Of a stretch of 64,000 nt of DNA, positions 50,193 through 58,531 are shown piece after piece (position 1 is the stretch's first letter; the number at the start of each line of letters is the position of its first letter). Under the pieces are notes generated by a model. It was not told where the DNA came from. It made no database searches and saw nothing but the letters and a program-made list of their open reading frames with translations. The position numbers were made by a program, and so were the translations under genes. This DNA comes from Candidatus Cloacimonadales bacterium (lineage in GTDB: Bacteria; Cloacimonadota; Cloacimonadia; Cloacimonadales; JAFGVF01). The DNA lies in the NCBI GenBank assembly GCA_963667035.1, contig OY762964.1, forward strand, positions 800,001-864,000, given 5' to 3'.

Positions 50193-51314
50193 TTATCCTT
50201 TTGATAATGGACCGATTTCTCTGACTAGATTATTGAAACCTTCATTTAATTCTGAGATTAAGCTTTTAACCGATTGTATCTTATCTATGAGATATGTCTT
50301 AGCACCGCAGAAGGCAAAACCCTGATTCATCAGTCCGAATTTAGCATTAGAAAGAGCTACGGCGATACAGTAAGGAGCGTTCTCTAATTGGCATGTTTTC
50401 AAGCACTTCCATGGGCATTTGAAAGGTACTTTCTTACCTAGAGCTACATCGGTCAGAAACTCATTACCTATTGCTCTTCCCGGTAAGCCTAAAGGACTCT
50501 TTATAATGGAAATATCAGTTTCCTCACATTCAATAAATTTATTTTTAAATTCATCGGTAGCGTCACACTCGTATGTTGCAACAAAGCGAGAGCCCATCTG
50601 CACTCCGTCTGCTCCCATTTCCATCACTTTATAGATATCCTCTCCAGAGTAGATTCCACCACCGGCAACAACAGGGATAGTCTTTCCTGTTTTTTCACTG
50701 AACTCTTTCACTGTTTTAACAACGTCCGGAACAATTGATTTTAAGGAGTATTCCGGATCATCAATTTGCTCGGGTTTAAATCCAAGATGACCTCCGGCTT
50801 GCGGTCCTTCTACAACAATTATGTCAGGTAATCTTTTAAATCTGCTTAACCAGGTTCTCATAATTAGCTTAGCTGCTCTTCCTGAAGATACAATTACTCC
50901 TAATTTTGTGTCATCAGAACCGAAATATTTATCAACAAGATCTTGCGGAAAAGCTACAGGTAAACCGGCCCCCATGAAAATGATGTCTACTTTCTCTTCA
51001 AAACTGACTCTAATCAGATCATCAAAATCCGTAAGAGCATACATTATGTTAACACCAATGATACCGTTGGATTTTTCTCTAGCTGTTCTTATTTCATCTC
51101 TTAATCCGATTAGATTCAGTTCACGTAAACTAAGAAGTGATTTACATTTATCGATTCCAATCCCTACTGCTGAGATAACACCTATTCCGCCTTCATTAGC
51201 AACAGCAGAAGCTAAACCTGAAAGAGATATTCCCACGCCCATACCACCTTGTATAATGGGGATTCTGGCAACTAAGTTTCCAACTCTCAATTCCGGCATA
51301 TTTATTTTATTCAT
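50193..51314 (-). CDS. nitronate monooxygenase / FabK-like flavoprotein
   Basis: PIIQGGMGVGIS, EGPQAGGHLG, GADGVQMGSRF, C-terminal Cys cluster. Confidence 0.88.
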   Translation of the reverse strand: MNKINMPELRVGNLVARIPIIQGGMGVGISLSGLASAVANEGGIGVISAVGIGIDKCKSLLSLRELNLIGLRDEIRTAREKSNGIIGVNIMYALTDFDDLIRVSFEEKVDIIFMGAGLPVAFPQDLVDKYFGSDDTKLGVIVSSGRAAKLIMRTWLSRFKRLPDIIVVEGPQAGGHLGFKPEQIDDPEYSLKSIVPDVVKTVKEFSEKTGKTIPVVAGGGIYSGEDIYKVMEMGADGVQMGSRFVATYECDATDEFKNKFIECEETDISIIKSPLGLPGRAIGNEFLTDVALGKKVPFKCPWKCLKTCQLENAPYCIAVALSNAKFGLMNQGFAFCGAKTYLIDKIQSVKSLISELNEGFNNLVREIGPLSKG

Positions 51315-51684
51315 TATCTTGTCCTTTTGGCATTATTGACTCAAGCGATTTTCGCATGTGTATTATATAATTTCTTGTGAATACCGAAACCAATTGTAAA
51401 CCTGATTTGGTAATAGAATAATACTTTCGCTTGGGGCCTTTCTCGGCTTGTCCCCATTCTGAATCAATAAAACCTTTTGCTTTAAGTTTTTTGAGGATTT
51501 GGTATATGGAACTCTCGTTAAAATTGAGCTTATCTTCAGTTGAGTGGCATAACTCCTGTTTAATTTCGTAGCCGTATTTTTTACCATTTCTTAAAAGAAG
51601 TAGTATCATGTAAGAAGTAAGACCTTTCTTAAATTCTTTCTCCCAAACATCTAAAGTTTTCTCAACATTTTTACAAAATTCCAT
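51307..51684 (-). CDS. PadR regulator
   Basis: YGYEI, SIYQIL, GPKRKYYSITKSG. Confidence 0.92.
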   Translation of the reverse strand: MEFCKNVEKTLDVWEKEFKKGLTSYMILLLLRNGKKYGYEIKQELCHSTEDKLNFNESSIYQILKKLKAKGFIDSEWGQAEKGPKRKYYSITKSGLQLVSVFTRNYIIHMRKSLESIMPKGQDNE

Positions 51685-51694
51685 CTAATCTCCC

Positions 51695-51717
51695 ACTATA
51701 GTGTGTTACACTATAGT
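51695..51717. promoter_or_regulatory. probable PadR operator
   Basis: ACTATAGTGT-GTT-ACACTATAGT perfect IR directly upstream of the padR RBS. Confidence 0.65.
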
Positions 51718-51837
51718 TTAATAATGTGATAATACATAATGACGTCAAGTAATATCTGCATTTTAACGAAGATTTAATTAGCATAGTATCTATTCTAAAT
51801 GTAGTTTCTGCTATTTGCCTTTAAACAATCAATCAAA

Positions 51838-51940
51838 ATGCACTGATCCCACTGTTTTTTCACTGTGCAGGCACTGTGAACCCGGTGTTTCAGTGCGTGG
51901 ATAGTGCGTCTGCAGTGCCTGCACAGTGCAAATTCAATGC
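51838..51940. repeat. 11-bp-phased direct-then-inverted array (core CACTG/CAGTG)
   Basis: CACTG at 51841, 51850, 51861, 51872; CAGTG-like at 51891, 51902, 51913, 51924, 51935; perfect 16-bp IR 51861-51876/51913-51928. Confidence 0.85.
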
Positions 51941-52177
51941 GTTGGTAGATCGAGCAATGGGTGCAAAATAGAGTAAATCAAACTTGTAGATAAGTCATAA
52001 ATACTAATTAAAGCATATCAAATACTCAGATGTGAACATATAAATAACTAAAATCCACATTTCGTAAGGAATTAGTAGTGAAGACGATCCATAATTCGAG
52101 CATGGGAGAATAAATGCAAAACCGTAAGCTACGAATATTAGAGGAATAATTTTCAACAAAAGAAAAGGAGAATTATC

Positions 52178-52630
52178 ATGAAAGCTAAAATGTATAGTTG
52201 GCTTAGGAATTTGGTCGGAAAATTAGACGGACTTGTTTATTATAACGACCAAGTTATGGGTGAAGTATTGGTTCGTGATTATGTAGAACCAACCAGAAGC
52301 GTTAGTAACGACAGACTTGGAAGAAACTCATTGAATATCAAACTGTTTTATAGCAATTGCAGTGAAGCATATCTGAGAGATCTCGGTATCTATGCTGTGA
52401 TGATGAATTTAAACCATATTCGGACAGGTCACAAACTGAATCGATATACAATGTTGACTAAACTGCTCTATAAACTCCAAAAGCTTTACCCTGAAGTTGA
52501 TTTAGGGACTCTAACACCTCAGGATGTTGTTAATCAAGGTTATCCAGTAGATTCAGTTCTACATGCTATTATGAGAGGTTTACTTGAACCTGTTACAGGA
52601 TTTCAGAATCTTGATAATGAGATTGTGTAG
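52178..52630 (+). CDS. hypothetical protein (GKLDG.VYY..VR..P N-terminus)
   Basis: AAGGAG RBS, 150-aa ORF. Confidence 0.75.
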   Translation: MKAKMYSWLRNLVGKLDGLVYYNDQVMGEVLVRDYVEPTRSVSNDRLGRNSLNIKLFYSNCSEAYLRDLGIYAVMMNLNHIRTGHKLNRYTMLTKLLYKLQKLYPEVDLGTLTPQDVVNQGYPVDSVLHAIMRGLLEPVTGFQNLDNEIV

Positions 52631-52643
52631 AACTTGTTTAACT

Positions 52644-53124
52644 TGCCGACTTCGTCGTCACAGCAACTCGGGGGAGTTGCAGTACAATCGTAGTGCAAGT
52701 GCCCTCACTTGCACATAGCTCAAAGAGCTATATTTGGTTAGCTTGTCATGAGCATAAATAAGTATTGGCGTAACAACTATACTAATAATTATTGATTGCA
52801 TGATTGGATTTGTGGTCCATAAGTTTCAGTCAGTGGAAACTGCCGACTTTGTCGTCACAGCAACTCGGGGGAGTTGCAGTACAATCGTAGTGCAAGTGCC
52901 ATCACTTGCACATAGCTCAAAGAGCTATATTTGGTTAGCTTGTCATGAGCATAAATAAGTATTGGCGTAACAACTATACTAATAATTATTGATTGCATGA
53001 TTGGATTTGTGGTCCATAAGTTTCAGTCAGTGGAAACTGCCGACTTTGTTGTCACAGCAACTCAGGGGAGTTGCAGTACAACCGTAGTGCAAGTGCCCTC
53101 ACTTGCACATAGCTCGGAGAGCTA
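52644..53124. repeat. 197-bp tandem REP/REPIN array (about 2.4 units) upstream of RAYT
   Basis: Unit starts 52644, 52841, 53038; GTAG-TGCAAGTG-CCCT-CACTTGCA at 52690, 52887, 53084; oppositely oriented GCAACTC-N-GAGTTGC-AGTAC. Confidence 0.92.
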
Positions 53125-53221
53125 TTATCGGTAATTTAATCGTTTATAAAGAACAGAACCAGTAAAAAGATAGAATAAAATGTAGTTGACTTATATATCT
53201 TATTATCAGTATGTTACTACT

Positions 53222-53800
53222 ATGTATAAGTTCAAAGTATATTATAAAAGATCTCTACCACATGTACAAGAAGATGGAGGAATCTACTCGATAGTCTTTA
53301 GACTTGCATGGTCTATTCCAGTAGCTAAACAAAAAGAATTGCGTGAACAAAAGGGATATCAAAGTTATATAGATAGTTATGTTAGATTCGACAATTATCT
53401 GGACACTTGTTCCAGTCTAAACTGGTTGATGAACTCAAGAATAGCTAGAACTACTATAGAAACGCTTCATGTACACAACACACAAAAATACAATCTTATT
53501 GCCTATTGCATTATGCCAAATCATGTACATTTGATTCTTGAACCTTTATTTAAATATAAAGAGACTCCATATACATTAACAGAAATTATGCATTCCATAA
53601 AAACTTACACTGCGAAGAAAGGAAATGAGATTCTTAGTAGAAAAGGTCAATTTTGGGCACATGAAAGCTATGACCATCTGATTCGAAATGAGAAAGAGCT
53701 CTATAATCAGATTGAATACTTGAAGAATAATCCTGTCAAAGCAGGACTTGTGTCTGATCAAGATGATTGGCAGTACACCTGGGTTGCAGTACAAATGTAG
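53222..53800 (+). CDS. REP-associated tyrosine transposase (RAYT, Y1 HUH)
   Basis: RSLPH, IVFRL, MPNHVHL (HUH), FWAHESYDHLIR, YLKNNPVKAGL; flanked by REPs. Confidence 0.9.
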   Translation: MYKFKVYYKRSLPHVQEDGGIYSIVFRLAWSIPVAKQKELREQKGYQSYIDSYVRFDNYLDTCSSLNWLMNSRIARTTIETLHVHNTQKYNLIAYCIMPNHVHLILEPLFKYKETPYTLTEIMHSIKTYTAKKGNEILSRKGQFWAHESYDHLIRNEKELYNQIEYLKNNPVKAGLVSDQDDWQYTWVAVQM

Positions 53801-53989
53801 TGCAAGTGCCCTCACTTGCACATAGCTCAAAGAGCTATATTTAGTTAGCATATCTTGAGCATAAACTAGTATTGGCATAATAACTATACTAATCTTTGTT
53901 GATTACATGATTGGAAATATTATCCATAAGTTTTGGTCAGTGGAAACTGCCGACTTCGTCGTCACAGCAACTTGGGAGAGTTGCAGTAC
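53783..53989. repeat. diverged REPIN copy downstream of RAYT
   Basis: Same unit; its GTAG (53797-53800) supplies the RAYT stop codon. Confidence 0.9.
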
Positions 53990-54084
53990 TTCTCTGAAAA
54001 AAAGCTTTTCAAAATAAATAGTTTTAAAAGTTTGTATAATAAGCAGATTATAGAAGTTATATCCTGCTAATTGTTGGAGGAAAA

Positions 54085-54390
54085 ATGTTTAAATTAAGTG
54101 ATGAACAGCTTGCTAAAGCTAAGGAGATTGCTCTGTCGAATCGTCGCAAAAAAAGTTGCGGTGAGTGTTACGACAGAGGCTATATTGGAACCTCGGAGGA
54201 GAACTTACTCATATTGTGTCAGAAATGCGTAGATATAGATAAAGCCATGGAAGACTGGAAAGAGTATGTCGCAACAGTTCCTGAGTTAAAAGACGAATTC
54301 AGTGATTTGTTTGAAGACGAGCCGGAAGAGGAAGAAGATATAGATGTATCTAAGCTTAACAGAGCTATGCGTCGTAAAACCAATAAATAA
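54085..54390 (+). CDS. hypothetical Zn-ribbon protein with acidic tail
   Basis: CGEC..RG..CQKC; GGAGG RBS. Confidence 0.75.
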   Translation: MFKLSDEQLAKAKEIALSNRRKKSCGECYDRGYIGTSEENLLILCQKCVDIDKAMEDWKEYVATVPELKDEFSDLFEDEPEEEEDIDVSKLNRAMRRKTNK

Positions 54391-54507
54391 ACTTGAATAC
54401 GAGGCGGTTTAATAAAGGCTCAATTACGTGAGTTTGTAAACCGACTTCGATTTATATATAATTATAGAACACTGTTAATTAGAGTGTAAGAATAAATGGA
54501 GCTTTAA

Positions 54508-57500
54508 ATGTACAAACCAATAGATATAAAAGAATCTGCAACACTCCTTGAAGAGAGAGTGAGAGTATATTGGAAAGAGAAAGAACTCGCTAAGAGAAGT
54601 GAGGAAACCAGAGAAGGAGCTAAACGCTTTGTATTCTTTGAAGGACCTCCAACAGCTAACGGTAAACCCGGAATTCATCATGTTATGGGTAGAACCCTTA
54701 AGGACTCGGTTTGTCGCTATAAAACAATGAAAGGTTTTCAGGTAAAGAGAAAAGCCGGATGGGACACTCACGGTCTTCCCGTAGAAATAGAAGTTGAGAA
54801 ACAACTTGGGTTAAGTGATAAGAAAGAGATTGAAGAATACGGAATAGCCGACTTTAACAAGAAATGTCGCGAATCCGTGTTTACTTATGAAAATCTCTGG
54901 AGGAAGATGACAGAGAAGATGGGGTATTGGATTGATTTGGATAATCCATACATCACACTTGATAACAATTATATAGAATCCGTTTGGTGGATTCTTAATG
55001 ATTTCTTCAAGAAAGATCTCATATATAAAGGTCATAAAATTGTGCCTTATTGCCCTAGTTGCGGAACTCCTCTTTCTTCTCATGAAGTAGCCCAGGGTTA
55101 TAAGGATGTTGATGACCCTTCCGTGTTTGCCAAATTCAAGAGCAAGGATGAGGAAAATCTTTATTACTTGGCATGGACAACAACACCTTGGACCCTTATC
55201 TCCAATGTTGCATTGGTTGTGAATCCTGTGGAAGACTATGTTAAAGTAATTCATAATGATGAAAAATTGGTACTTGCCAAAGCCAGATTAGGTGTGCTTG
55301 ACGGTGATTACGAAATAATAGAAGAGTTTAAAGGTGCAGAACTCGAATATAAAGAATATGAGCCTTTATTCCAATATGTTGAAGTTGATAAAAAAGCTTG
55401 GTTCATAGGTTGTGCAGATTATGTGACAATGGATGACGGTACAGGTGTTGTGCATACAGCTCCGGCATTTGGTCAGGATGACTATAATCTTGGAATGAAG
55501 TATGGTTTGCCTTTTGTTCAGCCTGTTGATGCTGCCGGAAAGTTTACCGAAGAGGTTACTGATTGGGCGGGATTATTTGTAAAAGAAGCTGATAAAGGTA
55601 TTATCAAAAACCTTAAAGAACGTGGAATACTCTATAAAAGAGAACAGATAAAGCACAGTTATCCACATTGCTGGAGATGTTCAAGTCCGCTTGTGTATTA
55701 TGCAAGAGAGAGTTGGTACATTAGAACTCAGAAGTACAGAGATCAGTTGATAGAGAACAATAATAGTGTAAATTGGGTACCGGGTTTCGTTGGAGAAAAG
55801 CGTTTCGGTGCTTGGTTGGAAAACAATATAGATTGGGCTTTATCAAGAGATAGATTTTGGGGAACTCCGTTAAACGTGTGGGTCTGCGATGAGTGCGGGA
55901 AACTTGACTCTGCAGGATCAATAGCAGAGTTACGTGATAAAGGTACTATGATTGACGGTACTGAAGTACCGGAGAACATAGAACTTCACCGTCCTTATGT
56001 TGATGAAGTTGAGTTTACCTGTAGTTGCGGTGGAAAGATGCATAGAACCAAAGAAGTTATCGACTGCTGGTTTGATAGTGGAGCTATGCCTTTTGCTCAA
56101 TGGCATTATCCATTTGAGAATAAAGAAAAATTCGATGAAGAGCTTTTTCCGGCTGATTTTATCTCAGAGGGTATAGACCAGACTCGTGGTTGGTTTTACA
56201 CATTGTTGACTATTTCAACAATATTAAAAGGTAAAGCTCCTTATAAAAATGTACTTGTAAACGACCTGATTCTTGATAAAAACGGTATCAAGATGAGTAA
56301 GTCCAAAGGCAATAGTGTTGATCCAATGGAGCTAATGGAGAAGTATGGTGCGGATGCAATACGTTGGTACTTAATCAGTAATTCTGTTCCTTGGGTTCCA
56401 ACAAAGTTCGACCCAAAAGGTGTTGAGGAAGTTGTTGGTAAATTCATTGGAACACTTAAGAATGTTTATTCATTCTTTGTAACATATACTAATATAGATA
56501 AATTCAATGCTAATGAGTTTAATTTTAACGAGAAGCAATCATTAGAGATTGACCGTTGGATAATCTCAAGATTAAACTCGGTAATAAAAGATGTAACCGA
56601 ATCTAATGACGGTTATGATTTCACAAAGAGTTTAAGAATCTTACAGGACTTTGTTCTTGATGAAGTATCAAACTGGTATGTTAGAAGAAGCAGAAGAAGA
56701 TTCTGGGCTATGAATCTTACTGAAGATAAGAAAACAGCTTATCTGACACTTAATCATGTGTTAGTAACAGTAAGTAAACTTATTGCTCCTTTCGTACCAT
56801 ATTTTGCTGAAGATATGTTTACTAATCTTACAGGTAAAGAAAGTGTACATCTTGAAGACTATCCCGTAGCTAAAGAAGAATTGATTGATGCTACTCTTGA
56901 AGCTGAGATGAAGACTATTATTGACCTTGTCTCTCTTGGTAGAGCAGCAAGAAATACAAGTCAGATTAAAGTAAGACAAACACTACAGAAGTTGTTTGTT
57001 CCTGAAAATACTAAACCTGTAGTTGAAAGAATGCTTGAACTTATAAAGGAAGAAATCAACGTTAAAGAGATTGAATATATTTCTGAGAATGATGACTTTG
57101 TTCACTTTGAAATGAAACCTAATTTTAAAGTTATGGGTCCAAAATTCGGGAAGGACATGAAAAAACTTGCGGGACATCTCAAAACTCTCAATGGAGGTGA
57201 AATCCTTGCATGCTTCAAAGAAGGTAATGCTTTTACTTTTGATATTGAAGGACAGGAGTTCTCAATAGTTGAAGAAGATGTAGCTGTTTCTATTCAACAA
57301 AGAGAAGGTTTTGTGTTCGAGAGTTCAAAAGAGAATTATGTTGCTCTTGATACTACTTTGAATGAAGATCTGATACTTGAAGGATATGCCAGAGAACTGG
57401 TAAACAAGATTCAGTTCACAAGAAAAGAGAATAATTACGATATTATGGATAGAATAGCAATATTCTTATCCGGTGATGATGAAATAAAGAAAGCTGTTGA

Positions 57501-57624
57501 TTTACATGCCGATTATATCAAGTCGGAAACTCTTGCTGACAGTATTGAATTTACTGATAAAGACGATATGACGGAATGGGATATTAACGGTAAACAGGTA
57601 CTTATAGTACTTGCAAAGATATAA
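54508..57624 (+). CDS. ileS: isoleucyl-tRNA synthetase, type 2
   Basis: EGPPTANGKPGIHH, GWDTHGLPVE, WTTTPWT, EGIDQTRGWF, KMSKS. Confidence 0.96.
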   Translation: MYKPIDIKESATLLEERVRVYWKEKELAKRSEETREGAKRFVFFEGPPTANGKPGIHHVMGRTLKDSVCRYKTMKGFQVKRKAGWDTHGLPVEIEVEKQLGLSDKKEIEEYGIADFNKKCRESVFTYENLWRKMTEKMGYWIDLDNPYITLDNNYIESVWWILNDFFKKDLIYKGHKIVPYCPSCGTPLSSHEVAQGYKDVDDPSVFAKFKSKDEENLYYLAWTTTPWTLISNVALVVNPVEDYVKVIHNDEKLVLAKARLGVLDGDYEIIEEFKGAELEYKEYEPLFQYVEVDKKAWFIGCADYVTMDDGTGVVHTAPAFGQDDYNLGMKYGLPFVQPVDAAGKFTEEVTDWAGLFVKEADKGIIKNLKERGILYKREQIKHSYPHCWRCSSPLVYYARESWYIRTQKYRDQLIENNNSVNWVPGFVGEKRFGAWLENNIDWALSRDRFWGTPLNVWVCDECGKLDSAGSIAELRDKGTMIDGTEVPENIELHRPYVDEVEFTCSCGGKMHRTKEVIDCWFDSGAMPFAQWHYPFENKEKFDEELFPADFISEGIDQTRGWFYTLLTISTILKGKAPYKNVLVNDLILDKNGIKMSKSKGNSVDPMELMEKYGADAIRWYLISNSVPWVPTKFDPKGVEEVVGKFIGTLKNVYSFFVTYTNIDKFNANEFNFNEKQSLEIDRWIISRLNSVIKDVTESNDGYDFTKSLRILQDFVLDEVSNWYVRRSRRRFWAMNLTEDKKTAYLTLNHVLVTVSKLIAPFVPYFAEDMFTNLTGKESVHLEDYPVAKEELIDATLEAEMKTIIDLVSLGRAARNTSQIKVRQTLQKLFVPENTKPVVERMLELIKEEINVKEIEYISENDDFVHFEMKPNFKVMGPKFGKDMKKLAGHLKTLNGGEILACFKEGNAFTFDIEGQEFSIVEEDVAVSIQQREGFVFESSKENYVALDTTLNEDLILEGYARELVNKIQFTRKENNYDIMDRIAIFLSGDDEIKKAVDLHADYIKSETLADSIEFTDKDDMTEWDINGKQVLIVLAKI

Positions 57625-57630
57625 AATATA

Positions 57631-57660
57631 TTGGAGCCGGAGTAATCCGGCTCTAATTTT
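57631..57660 (+). terminator. hairpin/terminator after ileS
   Basis: TTGGAGCCGGA-GTAA-TCCGGCTCTAA-TTTT. Confidence 0.7.
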
Positions 57661-57674
57661 ATTTAGAGAACTAT

Positions 57675-58265
57675 ATGAAAGTTAAATACCGGGAAAAGAA
57701 TATAACGAATTCAGTTTCGGATCCTTTAGTGAAAGCACTACTTGAAATAGGAAGATTAAAATCATGCTTTAGGCAGGGATGGTTAAAACGAGGTGTGACA
57801 AAAGAAGTTGGGGAATCAATTGCAGACCATTGCTTCTTTGTTGTATTAAGTGCTATGATGATTGCCGACAGAGATTTTCCTGAACTTGATAAGTTAAAAT
57901 TGATTAGAATGGCTATAGTGCATGAACTTGCAGAGGCTACGGTAGGGGATATTACCCCTGTTGACGGGATTACCGAAGAAGAAAAGTATTTGATGGAGCA
58001 GAAGGCTTTTAGAGAGATACTGAAAGATGTTGATGTCGACGGTGCATACTTAAGATTATGGGAAGAATTTGAGAAAGCCGAGACACCTGAAGCGAAATTT
58101 ATAAAACAGATTGATAAGTTTGAAATGGGATTGCAAGCTTATAAATATGCGGAACATGGATTTTCCGGTATGGATGAGTTTCTTAATTCTACTAATAGAG
58201 TTGTTTCTGACGATAGAATAAAAGAATTATTGAAAGATGTTAAAATTGTGGGGAATGAAGGATGA
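57675..58265 (+). CDS. HD-domain 5'-deoxynucleotidase-like (YfbR/HDDC2)
   Basis: RQGW, ESIADH, HELAE..GDITP, EAKFIKQIDK. Confidence 0.85.
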   Translation: MKVKYREKNITNSVSDPLVKALLEIGRLKSCFRQGWLKRGVTKEVGESIADHCFFVVLSAMMIADRDFPELDKLKLIRMAIVHELAEATVGDITPVDGITEEEKYLMEQKAFREILKDVDVDGAYLRLWEEFEKAETPEAKFIKQIDKFEMGLQAYKYAEHGFSGMDEFLNSTNRVVSDDRIKELLKDVKIVGNEG

Positions 58266-58531
58266 GAATTGATCAATTACTAAACAAACTTTGCTTGGTT
58301 AAAACCAGAACTATTGCAAAAAATGCATGTGATAAGAATCTTATACAAGTAAATGGTAAGAAATCTAAAGCTAGCCAGATCATTACAGAAGGTGACGAGA
58401 TATCAATTGCGTTGGGACAATATAAAACCGATGTGAAAATTACTAAGATACCTAACGGTAATGTTGCTAAAAAAGATGCGGGAGATTACTACGAAGTATT
58501 GAAGAGGACTAAAATAGAGATTGATGAGTAA
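58262..58531 (+). CDS. S4 RNA-binding protein (Hsp15/RqcP-like)
   Basis: MRIDQLL..LVKTRT.A..VNGK..K.S. Confidence 0.88.
   Translation: MRIDQLLNKLCLVKTRTIAKNACDKNLIQVNGKKSKASQIITEGDEISIALGQYKTDVKITKIPNGNVAKKDAGDYYEVLKRTKIEIDE

Noticed and set aside
52644..53124. CRISPR array
   Set aside because: Whole 197-bp units are near-identical with no unique spacers and no cas genes; explained by RAYT/REP
54390..54507. T-box riboswitch before ileS
   Set aside because: Leader too short and no GGTGG.ACC T-box motif
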